Of a stretch of 64,000 bases of DNA, positions 9,220-19,343 are shown one piece after another (position 1 is the stretch's first letter; the number at the start of each line of letters is the position of its first letter). Made by a program: the position numbers and the translations under genes. The notes below the pieces were generated by a model. It made no database searches and was not told the origin of the DNA. It saw only the letters and a program-made list of their open reading frames with translations. This DNA comes from a virus (Duplodnaviria; Caudoviricetes): the IMG/VR virus record IMGVR_UViG_3300032030_000016; one strand, written 5' to 3'.

Positions 9220-11025
9220 TTGAAAAAATCTTCCGAAAAAAAAGAAAACACAAAAAATAAAGAAGTAATTTTAACAGAATCACAAAAACAATGGGCAAAC
9301 TTATTTTCTCAAATTAAACAATTTCATCCTAATGAAAATTTTCAGCAGAGATATTTAAAAACATATCCAATAAATATCAATGGTATGAGTGAAGCATTTA
9401 TTGGCAATGCTATTATGATGAATGAAAGACTGAAAAAGTTAAATACTTTTCCAGCTAAATACGATAAAGCAAAAATACAAGAAATGTTAGCTAATCCACA
9501 AAACTATGAAATGGATTTACGTGCTTTATCACGTTATGTTTATAATACACTTACACCAATATACAAACAAGTAAATTTATATGCGGATATACTGACATAT
9601 CGAACTTATGTAAATATATCTGAAATTAAAAGTCAATCAAAACTTATTAAAGAATATAATCGAATTTCTAATTTTTTGAGAAATTTTGACCCCGAAAGAA
9701 CATTTAGAAAAACAACATTATGTACTGTATTGGATGGTAAATCTTTTTGGTATTTAAGAACAGACAGAGGAGAAGATAATATTTGTTTGCAACAGTTGCC
9801 ATCTGATTATGTAAAAATAACAGGAATAACAAATAGAGGATTTCAAATTGCTTTTAATATGGTTTATTTCCTTGATCCTGCAAATAGTGTTCTTTTTTTC
9901 CCTCCTGAATTTAAGGAATATTTGAATAAGTTTTATGGATATTATAATAAAAATACCAAAGTGTTTGATTTAGATAAATTTGAAAAAGCTGGAATAGAAG
10001 ATGTCATTGCTTTTCAAGAACAATCTTCTTTATATTTTTGGCAATTTCTTGATATTAATAAATCATTTGTTTTTAGTATAGATGAAAGCACATTTGATAC
10101 AGCCCCAGCTTTAATGGCAAGTTTTGGTTCCGCTATTGAATTAGATAAATATAGAGCACTTGAACAAGAATTATTGAGTTTACCATTACAAGCATTACTT
10201 ACTTCTGAAATAGAAATAAGTGATAAAAATCTTTCTGGAATATATAGTGATGATACTGCCATTACACCTGATATGGTTGCATTATTTACTGAATTATTGC
10301 AACAAAAAATGCCACAAACTGTATCAGCGATTGCAGCACCTTTTAAAAATTTTAAACTTCATGAATTTGAACATGTTGATACAAAAGATTCCGTTTTAGG
10401 TGATGCTTTAAAAAACTATTATATTCAAAGTGGTGTTAATTCCCTAATCTCAACAAGTGAAAAGCCAACTCTTAGCCAAACAAGAGCTTCTGAAAAAATT
10501 GAGGCGCGATATATAGATAAATTATATAATCAATATCAATCTTGTTTGAACAGTATTATAAAAACATTTAAATTAAAAAATGAATTTTCTATTCATATCG
10601 AAGGTGATGTTTTTTCAGATGATTCCGAATATTCTAAAGTGAAAGAAGCAGTACAAAATGGTCAAACAGACCTTATTCCGAAACAACAAAGTTTCTTCTC
10701 TTCACATGTTGATGAAGCATTAGCAACAAGACAATTTATGGAAAAATGTGACTATCAAGGAAGTCTAGCACAAAAAAATATATCTATACAACAAAAACAA
10801 AGTACAGGAAATCCAGTAGGAAGACCATCTTCTAATGTTGATGAAGTTACCTCTGAAAATACAGCAATATCAATAGAACAAGGAACAAACACAGTTGAAG
10901 GCAGAGAAGTAACTAAAACATCTGAAACAACAACAAATACTGAAGAAACTTTTGCTAAATTATTTTCGCAAATGAGCGAAGACGAAATTGAGGACATAAA
11001 GGATTTTTTGAATGAAAATTATTAA
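9220..11025 (+). CDS. Portal protein
   Basis: TTG start after AAGGAGG; follows terL; LQQLPSDYVKI motif typical of SPbeta YonE-like portals; size. Confidence 0.75.
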   Translation: MKKSSEKKENTKNKEVILTESQKQWANLFSQIKQFHPNENFQQRYLKTYPININGMSEAFIGNAIMMNERLKKLNTFPAKYDKAKIQEMLANPQNYEMDLRALSRYVYNTLTPIYKQVNLYADILTYRTYVNISEIKSQSKLIKEYNRISNFLRNFDPERTFRKTTLCTVLDGKSFWYLRTDRGEDNICLQQLPSDYVKITGITNRGFQIAFNMVYFLDPANSVLFFPPEFKEYLNKFYGYYNKNTKVFDLDKFEKAGIEDVIAFQEQSSLYFWQFLDINKSFVFSIDESTFDTAPALMASFGSAIELDKYRALEQELLSLPLQALLTSEIEISDKNLSGIYSDDTAITPDMVALFTELLQQKMPQTVSAIAAPFKNFKLHEFEHVDTKDSVLGDALKNYYIQSGVNSLISTSEKPTLSQTRASEKIEARYIDKLYNQYQSCLNSIIKTFKLKNEFSIHIEGDVFSDDSEYSKVKEAVQNGQTDLIPKQQSFFSSHVDEALATRQFMEKCDYQGSLAQKNISIQQKQSTGNPVGRPSSNVDEVTSENTAISIEQGTNTVEGREVTKTSETTTNTEETFAKLFSQMSEDEIEDIKDFLNENY

Positions 11026-11173
11026 TTTAAAACAATTATTTTGTAAACATGATGATATAGCATGGAGTAAAACAAAAATAATGAGTTATCCTGAAATTTA
11101 TCGTGGTGTTTGTAAAAAATGCGGCAAAAAATGTAGTAAAATCGGTAAAGATGGTGAAATTGTATGGGAATAA
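11012..11173 (+). CDS. Small Cys/His-rich protein (53 aa), not in the ORF track
   Basis: MKIINLKQLFCKHDD...GVCKKCGKKC...WE*; fills the gap between portal and the next gene. Confidence 0.55.
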   Translation: MKIINLKQLFCKHDDIAWSKTKIMSYPEIYRGVCKKCGKKCSKIGKDGEIVWE

Positions 11174-11177
11174 AATA

Positions 11178-11711
11178 ATGAAAGAAGATAAAATTACAAA
11201 AATGAGTTTAATTGATAATGAGCTTGGTAGTTTGATGAATGTTGTTTCACAAAAACTATTTAAAGCAAATGCTGTTATGGATTGTATCTCTTCAAGATTA
11301 GATACAGTTTTTGGAATGCCAAAAGCATCTGAAATCTTACATCATAGAATAGCTCATAAATTTCCACTTCTTGCAGATATTATTACGGAATATTTAGGAA
11401 AAAGAAATTATGCTGTTTACTATGGTCTTATTCCACAGATAGATTATAGATATGATAAACCCTCAGAATATTTTTGGGAATTTGTTAATATAATGGGAGA
11501 AATAAGAGATGATATTAATTTAGCTATTGAAAAAGCTGAATCTATAAAAGACTTTTCAGCATCTGACATTTTGTCATCTTTTTTGTCAGAATATGTTGAT
11601 TTATATACAAAACAATCTTTTATCTTTTATTATCAATCATTACAAGAAGAAGAACACGGGAATTTATCATCTTTTAATTCTCATTTTGAAGACCTTATGA
11701 TAATAGAATAA
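11178..11711 (+). CDS. Ferritin-like four-helix-bundle protein (degenerate ferroxidase site)
   Basis: ADIITEYLGKRNY, AIEKAESIKDFSASDILSSFL and helix spacing resemble ferritin/Dps. Confidence 0.55.
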   Translation: MKEDKITKMSLIDNELGSLMNVVSQKLFKANAVMDCISSRLDTVFGMPKASEILHHRIAHKFPLLADIITEYLGKRNYAVYYGLIPQIDYRYDKPSEYFWEFVNIMGEIRDDINLAIEKAESIKDFSASDILSSFLSEYVDLYTKQSFIFYYQSLQEEEHGNLSSFNSHFEDLMIIE

Positions 11712-11743
11712 TTTCTAATTTAAAAAAGAAATGTGGATTAGAA

Positions 11744-12034
11744 ATGGCAAAAAATGTATGGTTTTTATCTAGGACAATTAATAGATATTTAGGTAATGAT
11801 TTATTTTTAATGAGAGCTAAAAAGCAAAGGAGGCAACAGCGTATGAAGGGAAGTTTTTATCACGATAAAATTGAAGGCCCGCAGAAAGTGAAAGCATATT
11901 TTATAGCTGCTGAAAAAGACAATATTTCAACAACTACAGTTTATGATGAAATTGGGCAAATGGTTCTTTATAACGATGAACTTTATATTTATACAAAAGA
12001 TCTTGAATACAAGAAGATTTCAGTTGCTTCTTAA
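11744..12034 (+). CDS. Hypothetical protein
   Basis: 96-aa ORF in operon context. Confidence 0.55.
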   Translation: MAKNVWFLSRTINRYLGNDLFLMRAKKQRRQQRMKGSFYHDKIEGPQKVKAYFIAAEKDNISTTTVYDEIGQMVLYNDELYIYTKDLEYKKISVAS

Positions 12035-12066
12035 TTGAAAAAATTATATTATGAAAAAAAGGATTT

Positions 12067-12726
12067 ATGAGTAATAAAAGCATTTTAATCGCAATACCGA
12101 ATATTGGAACTGTTTCAACAAATTTTATGTCACAAATGCTTGGAATGAATTATGGTAAATATACCATTGGTTATAGATTTATAAAATCAAATTTATTATA
12201 TTTATCGAGAGATAAACTTGCGTTATCTGCAATAAATAACAATTTTGATTATATATTATTTCTTGATACAGATCAACAAATACCAAATGATACCATATTA
12301 AGAATGGCAAAACATCTTGAGAATGGTGAAGATATTGTTACAGCGTTGATATTTACAAAAGAAAAACCATATAATCCATGTATTTATTCTGAATCAAAAA
12401 TTCTAGAAACAGGACAATTAAGTTTAAAATATTATCCCGTATCTGAAATACCTTTAGAACCTTTTTATGTTGAAAATTGTGGTTCTGGATGTGTTATGTT
12501 AAAAACTGAAGTATTTAAAAAAATTCCACAACCTTGGTTCCATCCATATATTTATTCAGGAGAAGATGTAACTTTTTTTCATGTTGCTACTCATACATAT
12601 GGATATAAAATTTTATGTGACCCAACAATAGATGTTGGTCATTGGGGAATTGAAAATATAAATAGAACAACGAAGTTGCTTTATGACGAAGAAGTTATTA
12701 GAATGAAAAGAGGTAATGTTTTATGA
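12067..12726 (+). CDS. GT-A fold (GT2-like) glycosyltransferase
   Basis: ILIAIP start, RDKLA, FLDTD (DxD), GSGCVML, GEDVTF, VGHWG. Confidence 0.85.
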   Translation: MSNKSILIAIPNIGTVSTNFMSQMLGMNYGKYTIGYRFIKSNLLYLSRDKLALSAINNNFDYILFLDTDQQIPNDTILRMAKHLENGEDIVTALIFTKEKPYNPCIYSESKILETGQLSLKYYPVSEIPLEPFYVENCGSGCVMLKTEVFKKIPQPWFHPYIYSGEDVTFFHVATHTYGYKILCDPTIDVGHWGIENINRTTKLLYDEEVIRMKRGNVL

Positions 12727-13475
12727 AAAAAGTTCTTATAACTGCTCCAGTTCATCAAAGTGTAAATATTTTTAAAGAATATTTATGGTCTTTAAATAGA
12801 TTGATTATTCCAGAGGATGTTGAAATAAAAAAGTTCTTTTATTTACATAACTGTGAAGAATTAAAAGAATTTTTAAATGAAGATGAATATATGATATTAA
12901 ATGATGATTCATCTTTTGAAGTTACAGAAAAAACACATATGTGGAAAAATGAAAATTTTTCTGCTGTTGCTAGAATGAGAACAATGGCTCTTGAAAAAGC
13001 AAAAGAAGAAAATTTTGATTATATATTTTCAATTGATTCAGATGTGTTATTAAATCCAATTACTTTACAATTGTTAATTAATGATAATAAAGACATAGTT
13101 GGGAACATATACTGGACTGATTTTGACGGAAAAGGTTTATTATTACCAAACTGTTATGATTATGAAAATTGTCAATTTAATCAACAAATTGGTGGAGTTG
13201 ATAGATTAAAAATAATGGGAGTTTATAACATAGGAGTTGTTGGAGCTTGCACGTTAATTGGGAAAAGAATTATACAAAATGATTATATAAATTATTTTCC
13301 TATAAAAAATATAAGTTCAACAAAATGGGAAGATCAGGCATTTATTACAAGATCAAGATGTTTAATTCCTGATATAACAGTTTGTGTTGATACAAGATTT
13401 CCTGCTCGTCATTTATATAGGCAATCTGAATATGAATTATGGATGAAAGATAAGAAAGAATGTTATGGGTATTAA
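12723..13475 (+). CDS. GT-A fold glycosyltransferase
   Basis: KVLITAPVHQ, FDYIFSIDSDVLL (DxD), GACTLI, WEDQAF, RHLYR. Confidence 0.85.
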   Translation: MKKVLITAPVHQSVNIFKEYLWSLNRLIIPEDVEIKKFFYLHNCEELKEFLNEDEYMILNDDSSFEVTEKTHMWKNENFSAVARMRTMALEKAKEENFDYIFSIDSDVLLNPITLQLLINDNKDIVGNIYWTDFDGKGLLLPNCYDYENCQFNQQIGGVDRLKIMGVYNIGVVGACTLIGKRIIQNDYINYFPIKNISSTKWEDQAFITRSRCLIPDITVCVDTRFPARHLYRQSEYELWMKDKKECYGY

Positions 13476-14184
13476 TAATCCAAAAATAGTTGTTGGAAGT
13501 CTTGTGTATAATGAAGAACACAGATTTTTAGAGAAATATCTTTTAAATATAAAAAAATATGCAGATAAAATTGTTCTAATAGATGATGGCTCAACGGATA
13601 ATTCTTTAAAAATATGCAAAGAAGTTACAAAAAATGTTTTTAAATCAGATAGATTATTCATAAAAAATGAAGTTGAATTAAGAAATGCTTTGTGGGTGAA
13701 ATGTTCTGAGTTATGTAATAATGGTGATTTTATATTAATTCAAGATTGTGATGAATTTTTACATGATGATTCCATAGAACACTTAAAAGAAGAAATAAAT
13801 ACTTGTGTAACACTTGAAGGCGATGCAATAGCATGGCGTTTATATGATATGTGGAATGAAACACAATATAGAGAAGATTCTTATTGGAGTGCACACAAAA
13901 GATGGTGGATTCATATGGTAAGATATAATAATCAAATTAAATATATGTGGAAAAACACGAGATTACATTGTGGAAGAATTCCAATTAACTCATATTATAA
14001 TGCATTTCCATCAAAATTACAAATCTTGCATATGGGATATTCCAAAGAAGATTTGAGAAAAGAAAAATATAATTTCTATATAACTACAGATGCAGATGGT
14101 CAAAATGGAAATTTATTACAATATAATTCTATTTTAGATATAAATCCAAAGTTATTAGATTTTAAAAGCAATTATATTTTTTAA
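13465..14184 (+). CDS. GT2-family glycosyltransferase
   Basis: VYNEE, IDDGSTDNS, QDCDEF, LHMGY. Confidence 0.88.
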   Translation: MGINNPKIVVGSLVYNEEHRFLEKYLLNIKKYADKIVLIDDGSTDNSLKICKEVTKNVFKSDRLFIKNEVELRNALWVKCSELCNNGDFILIQDCDEFLHDDSIEHLKEEINTCVTLEGDAIAWRLYDMWNETQYREDSYWSAHKRWWIHMVRYNNQIKYMWKNTRLHCGRIPINSYYNAFPSKLQILHMGYSKEDLRKEKYNFYITTDADGQNGNLLQYNSILDINPKLLDFKSNYIF

Positions 14185-14198
14185 AGGAGGAAAAAAAC

Positions 14199-16133
14199 TT
14201 GAAAATTGTAAATCTACCTGTTAAAAATTTTTCCTCCTCAAGAGAAGGAGATAATGCTGATTTTTTAAAAGTTACCTTAATGGCAGTAGCAGAAGGTAAA
14301 AATTTAAATAATTCCATTTTCACTCTTGAAGGGATGAAAACTAATAAAGACACCTTCATAAATAAACCAATACTCTGTGCTTTTCCAAATAAACAAATAG
14401 GAGATAACCATAATTTTGATATTGCTTTTGACCCAGAAACAGGTGAAGAATATCAAACTTTTCTTGATAAAAAAGCAGAAAAACCAGTTGGAATGATTCC
14501 TGAAAGTTCAAACATAAGAATTGAAAATATAGATGGGAAAAACTGGATAGTTTTAGATGGTTATATATGGAAAAAATATAATTATGAATTAGTCAAAGAC
14601 ATCTTAAAAAAGTCTAATGGTTGGTCAATTAGAAATAATAAAAATATTTCTGTTGAAATTATAGTAGATGATGAAACTATGGGATTTTCTGAAGATGGAT
14701 ATGAAATTTTAAATAATTGGACAGGTAATGGAATAACTATTCTTGCTGATAATGTTAATCCAGCAATAGAAGGTGCAAATATGAGTTTAGAAACGAAAGA
14801 AAAGAATTTTAGTAAAACTGATTATGATGAATATAAAAAAGGTTTTATGAAAGATTTCTCTTTATTTGCTAAAAAAGAAAAATATGGAACAGGAAAATCT
14901 TTAAAAATAGACAAAAGTAAAGAATCTGCTTCTAATGACAATTGGGGCGATATTGATAAAACCAAATTAAGAAATGATGTTTTAGAAGCAAAAAATTATA
15001 AATCAATTATAAAAGATGTTTATTTAAAGGTAGAAGATGGCTGGGAAGATGCTCCATCTGAACATTTAAAATATCCTGTTATGCAAATAAAAAATAATAC
15101 TCTTGTTTATAATCTTAATGCTCTTTCAAGTGCATTGGGTTATGCAAAAAAAGAAAATGAAAATGAAGTTGTAAAAAAAGTCGAATCTATTCGCAAAAAG
15201 ATGGGAATTGATGAAGACAAAAATAAGAATTTTGAAGAAAGGAGAAATATTATGAATTTTTCAGAACTTTTTGAAAATAATGACGAATATATTTTTATTG
15301 AAGCAATGGATGAAAATAAAGTTCTCGTTTTTTCCAAATCAGAAAAAATCTTCAAAGCAATTCCTTATGAAGAAAGCGAAGATTCAAATGTTGTTCTTAT
15401 GACAGAACAAGCAAAAGAATGTTCTTTATTTGTTACTGAAAAGGAAGAAATTGTTGAACAAGACAAAAAAGAAGAAAATATGTCATTGGATGAAAATGAA
15501 GAAATAATTGAACAAGATAAAAAAGAAGAAAATTTATGTGAAAAAATGAAATTTGCTTGTGAAAAAGAATTATCTGAAATTTTTGTAAAAATGATGGCAG
15601 ACCAAACAGAAGAACAAAAAATAGTCGAACAAGATAAAATTGATGAAGAAGATGATGAAGATGATGATAAACACGAAGAAGAGCACGAAGAAGATTATCA
15701 AAAACTAAAAGAGGAATGTTGTGCTCTTAAAGAAGAAAAAGAATGTTTGAATTCTCAAATTATCTCTCTTAGTGAAGAATTAGAATCTTGTAAAACAGAA
15801 TGTGAAGAAAAAACAAGGCAACTTTCTGAAGCTCAAGAAAAACTTCAATCTTATGTAGAAAAAGAAAAAGAACAAATGTATTCTGATATGAAAAACGAAT
15901 TGAAAGAATACGCAAAAACTAATCACATGTCTGAAGAAGATTTCAAAGAAGCTGAAGAAAAATGTAAAGAATTTTCATCTATGGATGAATTTATGAAGTT
16001 TGTCGTATTTTCTCAATATGTTAAAAATAAAAACAATAAATCAAATGATTTTGTAAATATGGGTGGTGCTAATTTCGGACAACATGATATTCCATCTAGT
16101 GAAAACGTTTGGGAGAAATTAGCTAAGATTTAA
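14199..16133 (+). CDS. Prohead protease / scaffold protein (YonD-like)
   Basis: GKNLNNSIF, KPILC, GYIWKKY, ISVEI, NPAIEGA; acidic coiled-coil C-terminal half; upstream of the capsid genes. Confidence 0.7.
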   Translation: MKIVNLPVKNFSSSREGDNADFLKVTLMAVAEGKNLNNSIFTLEGMKTNKDTFINKPILCAFPNKQIGDNHNFDIAFDPETGEEYQTFLDKKAEKPVGMIPESSNIRIENIDGKNWIVLDGYIWKKYNYELVKDILKKSNGWSIRNNKNISVEIIVDDETMGFSEDGYEILNNWTGNGITILADNVNPAIEGANMSLETKEKNFSKTDYDEYKKGFMKDFSLFAKKEKYGTGKSLKIDKSKESASNDNWGDIDKTKLRNDVLEAKNYKSIIKDVYLKVEDGWEDAPSEHLKYPVMQIKNNTLVYNLNALSSALGYAKKENENEVVKKVESIRKKMGIDEDKNKNFEERRNIMNFSELFENNDEYIFIEAMDENKVLVFSKSEKIFKAIPYEESEDSNVVLMTEQAKECSLFVTEKEEIVEQDKKEENMSLDENEEIIEQDKKEENLCEKMKFACEKELSEIFVKMMADQTEEQKIVEQDKIDEEDDEDDDKHEEEHEEDYQKLKEECCALKEEKECLNSQIISLSEELESCKTECEEKTRQLSEAQEKLQSYVEKEKEQMYSDMKNELKEYAKTNHMSEEDFKEAEEKCKEFSSMDEFMKFVVFSQYVKNKNNKSNDFVNMGGANFGQHDIPSSENVWEKLAKI

Positions 16134-16158
16134 AAAATAAAAAGGAGTTAAATATATT

Positions 16159-16704
16159 ATGGCATTAGAATATACTCACAATATGTTTGTGTCTCGCAAG
16201 ATGGAAGCTGATTATGTTGGTCCTGATCTTGCGACTGTAAGTTTTTCTACTGAAAAGGACAATGGTGCTCTTTGTATTTTAGGCGCAGCTGTTTCCTCTT
16301 CTGTTTTCAATCAGGTTGTTGATATGAATCATTATAACGGTGAAAATCCTGCTTCTGTTGACACTGATTCTATTTATGTTGTGGATGATCCCGGTGTTTT
16401 TGAATGTTCTGGTCTCCGTGTGGATATTGTTGACCCTCGTGCTTTCTCTGTCTCTGCTGGTACTCCTACTCGTGCAAAAAGACTTGTTGCTGGTGATGAA
16501 GGCTGGTGGAGCACTGGTTGTTTTGCAACTACTAATATTACTGTTGGCTCTAGTTACGTAGCTCCTGAAGCGAATAGCGAACAATGGGCTGTTTCCACTT
16601 CTCTTCCTACAACTCGTGTGTATGGTCAAGTTATTGCTTCTGAAAATGTTGCTGTTGGTAATAGCATTGTTGCTGGTTATCGTGTCCGCATTCTTAAAAA
16701 CTAA
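16159..16704 (+). CDS. Capsid decoration / minor head protein (YonC-like position)
   Basis: Strong RBS, high-expression codon usage, DNG motif; lies between scaffold and major capsid. Confidence 0.6.
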   Translation: MALEYTHNMFVSRKMEADYVGPDLATVSFSTEKDNGALCILGAAVSSSVFNQVVDMNHYNGENPASVDTDSIYVVDDPGVFECSGLRVDIVDPRAFSVSAGTPTRAKRLVAGDEGWWSTGCFATTNITVGSSYVAPEANSEQWAVSTSLPTTRVYGQVIASENVAVGNSIVAGYRVRILKN

Positions 16705-16733
16705 TTATCTTGGAAAGGAGAAAAAAATAAACT

Positions 16734-17852
16734 ATGGCTACTAAATATTTTTCTTTATCTAATCTTTCCAATGGCATGAAAGAACAGGAAAAAACTATTG
16801 CTCAAGCACTTTCTCAGCTTGGTTTATATAAACTGTATAGTGCTATTGGTAAAACCAATACTGTTGAAAATTTTTCTAATTTTGATTATGAACAGAAAAA
16901 TGAACTCGCTCTTAATAGCTTAATGAAATATTGTGCTGAATACGCTGGTTGCGGCACTGATATTGAATCTCTGAAAAGTCCTGCTACTCGCAGAGATAAA
17001 GATTTCTCCAAGAAATTCTTCGGTATTCTTCAAGTTGCAACTGCTCCTGTAATCGCAGAAGTTGTCAATCAGGCTTTCGACCATGTTGCAGAAATTCGTA
17101 ATGCTGGTTGGGGAGATTCTTTCTTGTTCCGTGTGGGTTCTCCTGCTCTGTTCCAAGTCAATATGCTTGCCCGTGGCATTAATCGTGGCGCTGCACAGCG
17201 TATCTATGATGAAAATCTCACTCTTATCCCCACTAATCGTGAAGTAACTGTTTCTATGGATTGGTATCAGATTGCCGCTGGCCGTTACGATATGGGTGAT
17301 TACCTGTTCCGTGTCGGTCGCTCTTTCGCTGCTGACATGTCTCAGATGGCATATAATGCTCTTGATGCCACTTTTGCATCTCTTCCTACTCCTCTGAAAT
17401 ATAGTGGTGCTTTTGATACTGAAACTCTTGATACTATGGTTCAACGTTTACAGGCATTGAATGGTCAGGCTATTTATGGTTTTGGTTCTCTTGGTGCTCT
17501 TTCACAGGTTCTTCCTGCGAATGACTGGTTGAAACTGCCTCTTGCTGAAGAATGGACATCTATGGGGTATGTTGGTCAATACCGTAGAGTTCGTTACGTA
17601 TTGCTCGAACAGAACATGGTTCCTGCTACTATTGGCACTTCTATGGACTTTGGTATTAGTCAGAATCGTATCTATTTGATGCCTATGTCTGCTGAAAAAC
17701 CGATTAAGATCGGCATTGAAGGGAACACTATGGTTTATGAAACTGATGCTGAAACTTCCGCTGATAATACCATTTTTGTCACTACACAGATGAGCTATGG
17801 TGGAGTTCTTGCTACAGCTAATCGCTATGGTATTTACGAAATTTCTGCTTAA
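16734..17852 (+). CDS. Major capsid protein
   Basis: 372 aa, AAAGGAG RBS, strongly biased codon usage, WGD motif, followed by a strong hairpin. Confidence 0.8.
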   Translation: MATKYFSLSNLSNGMKEQEKTIAQALSQLGLYKLYSAIGKTNTVENFSNFDYEQKNELALNSLMKYCAEYAGCGTDIESLKSPATRRDKDFSKKFFGILQVATAPVIAEVVNQAFDHVAEIRNAGWGDSFLFRVGSPALFQVNMLARGINRGAAQRIYDENLTLIPTNREVTVSMDWYQIAAGRYDMGDYLFRVGRSFAADMSQMAYNALDATFASLPTPLKYSGAFDTETLDTMVQRLQALNGQAIYGFGSLGALSQVLPANDWLKLPLAEEWTSMGYVGQYRRVRYVLLEQNMVPATIGTSMDFGISQNRIYLMPMSAEKPIKIGIEGNTMVYETDAETSADNTIFVTTQMSYGGVLATANRYGIYEISA

Positions 17853-17872
17853 TTTTTAATTTAATATATTAT

Positions 17873-17904
17873 AAGATGTATCTCTAATATTAGAGATACA
17901 TCTT
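17873..17904 (+). terminator. Perfect 32-bp palindrome after the major capsid gene (probable terminator)
   Basis: aagatgtatctctaat|attagagatacatctt. Confidence 0.7.
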
Positions 17905-17935
17905 TATATTATTATGAAAAAAAGGAAAAATAATA

Positions 17936-18628
17936 ATGAAAAAAAAAGAATCTTTTGATGAATCTTACGACAATGAACAAAAAGAAATTGAAAATTTTAA
18001 AAGTCAAATTGATGAATTGCAAAAGCAAATAGAATATTTAAAAAATTTGGTTCAAACACAACAAGGAACTATTATTAATCAACAACAACAACAGGCAAGT
18101 AAAGAATATTTGGTTATTAGTATGTTTGATGGGATTCTTGGATTAAAGACAAGACCAGAGCAAAAAACCCCTGCAATTAAGTTACATTTTAAAGAAACAT
18201 ACACTCTTAGAAGTGAAACTGAATTACAAGATTTTTATCTTGCAAATCGTAATGCTTTTGTAAATAAATACCTATTATTTGAAAGTCCTGCTGCAATTGA
18301 AGTTTTGCATATTCAGGATGTAAAAAATGAATTAGATGTTGCAACATATGACAATCTTGGTAATTTATCATTAGATGCATTAGAAAGAGTTTATAAAAGT
18401 TGTAAAGAATGGCAAAAAGACTTAATTCTTGATAAATTCATTACTGAATCAGTAAAAGGTAATTCAAATTACAATAACACTGATAAATTGGCTTTACTTG
18501 AAAAAATGAAAAATGAAGAAATTCCTATGATTATTTGGAATGATAAAAAAAATCAAGAAGAACAATCTTATGTCTATAATATCAATGATAAGATAGCAAA
18601 AACAAGAGAATCTTTATCTTCTAAATAG
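17936..18628 (+). CDS. Hypothetical head-region protein with N-terminal coiled coil
   Basis: ORF with RBS; position after the MCP. Confidence 0.6.
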   Translation: MKKKESFDESYDNEQKEIENFKSQIDELQKQIEYLKNLVQTQQGTIINQQQQQASKEYLVISMFDGILGLKTRPEQKTPAIKLHFKETYTLRSETELQDFYLANRNAFVNKYLLFESPAAIEVLHIQDVKNELDVATYDNLGNLSLDALERVYKSCKEWQKDLILDKFITESVKGNSNYNNTDKLALLEKMKNEEIPMIIWNDKKNQEEQSYVYNINDKIAKTRESLSSK

Positions 18629-18652
18629 TTTAAAATAAAGAAAGGAGATAAT

Positions 18653-19336
18653 TTGGGTACTCCGTTTACAAAAATATATGAAAGAACAATATCTCAATAT
18701 ATTGATGATTTTGCCTTAAAAAAATATAACGGTTCTATTATTTCGATGAATCAGGATTTACAATCTTATCTTCTTTCAGCTATTCCAGAGTTTAATACGC
18801 CTATATCAATTATTAAAAAAATACAAGATTATAATGAAGGAGAAGGGGTTACGGAAGAGTTTACAGGTGATGGCTTACAAACATCTTTTGTACTCTCTAC
18901 TGAACCTCTTGAAAATTCTATAATAGAAATATCTATTGATTCATTAATAGTATCTGATGGATATACATACAATAAACAAACAAAAACAATATTGTTTGAT
19001 ACTCCACCTGAAGAAAATGTTAAAATTTTAATCTCTTGGTATTTTTGTGGTGAATTTACTAATGATTTAAATTTAACAGAACAAAATATTTTATCAGATT
19101 TAATGGTTTGGAAATGGCTGTTAAGGGAAAGAGATAATATCGCTGATATAAGGAGATTGCTTAGAGATACAGATTATGCTCTTTGGAGTGAAGATAAAAC
19201 AATGGTTTCAAAAGCAAAATTAGCTGATATAGCTCGTGAAAAAGCCTCTAAATCAATGAAGCAATATGCTTGGTCTATCTATAATACAAATATGAACAAG
19301 GCATTTGGTTTACCTAATTATGCAAGTATAAAATAG
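18653..19336 (+). CDS. Head-tail adaptor with inserted beta domain
   Basis: MGTPFTKIY start, FTNDLNLTEQNILSDLMVWKWL; insert FTGDGLQTSFVL...FDTPP. Confidence 0.6.
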   Translation: MGTPFTKIYERTISQYIDDFALKKYNGSIISMNQDLQSYLLSAIPEFNTPISIIKKIQDYNEGEGVTEEFTGDGLQTSFVLSTEPLENSIIEISIDSLIVSDGYTYNKQTKTILFDTPPEENVKILISWYFCGEFTNDLNLTEQNILSDLMVWKWLLRERDNIADIRRLLRDTDYALWSEDKTMVSKAKLADIAREKASKSMKQYAWSIYNTNMNKAFGLPNYASIK

Positions 19337-19343
19337 GGGATTT

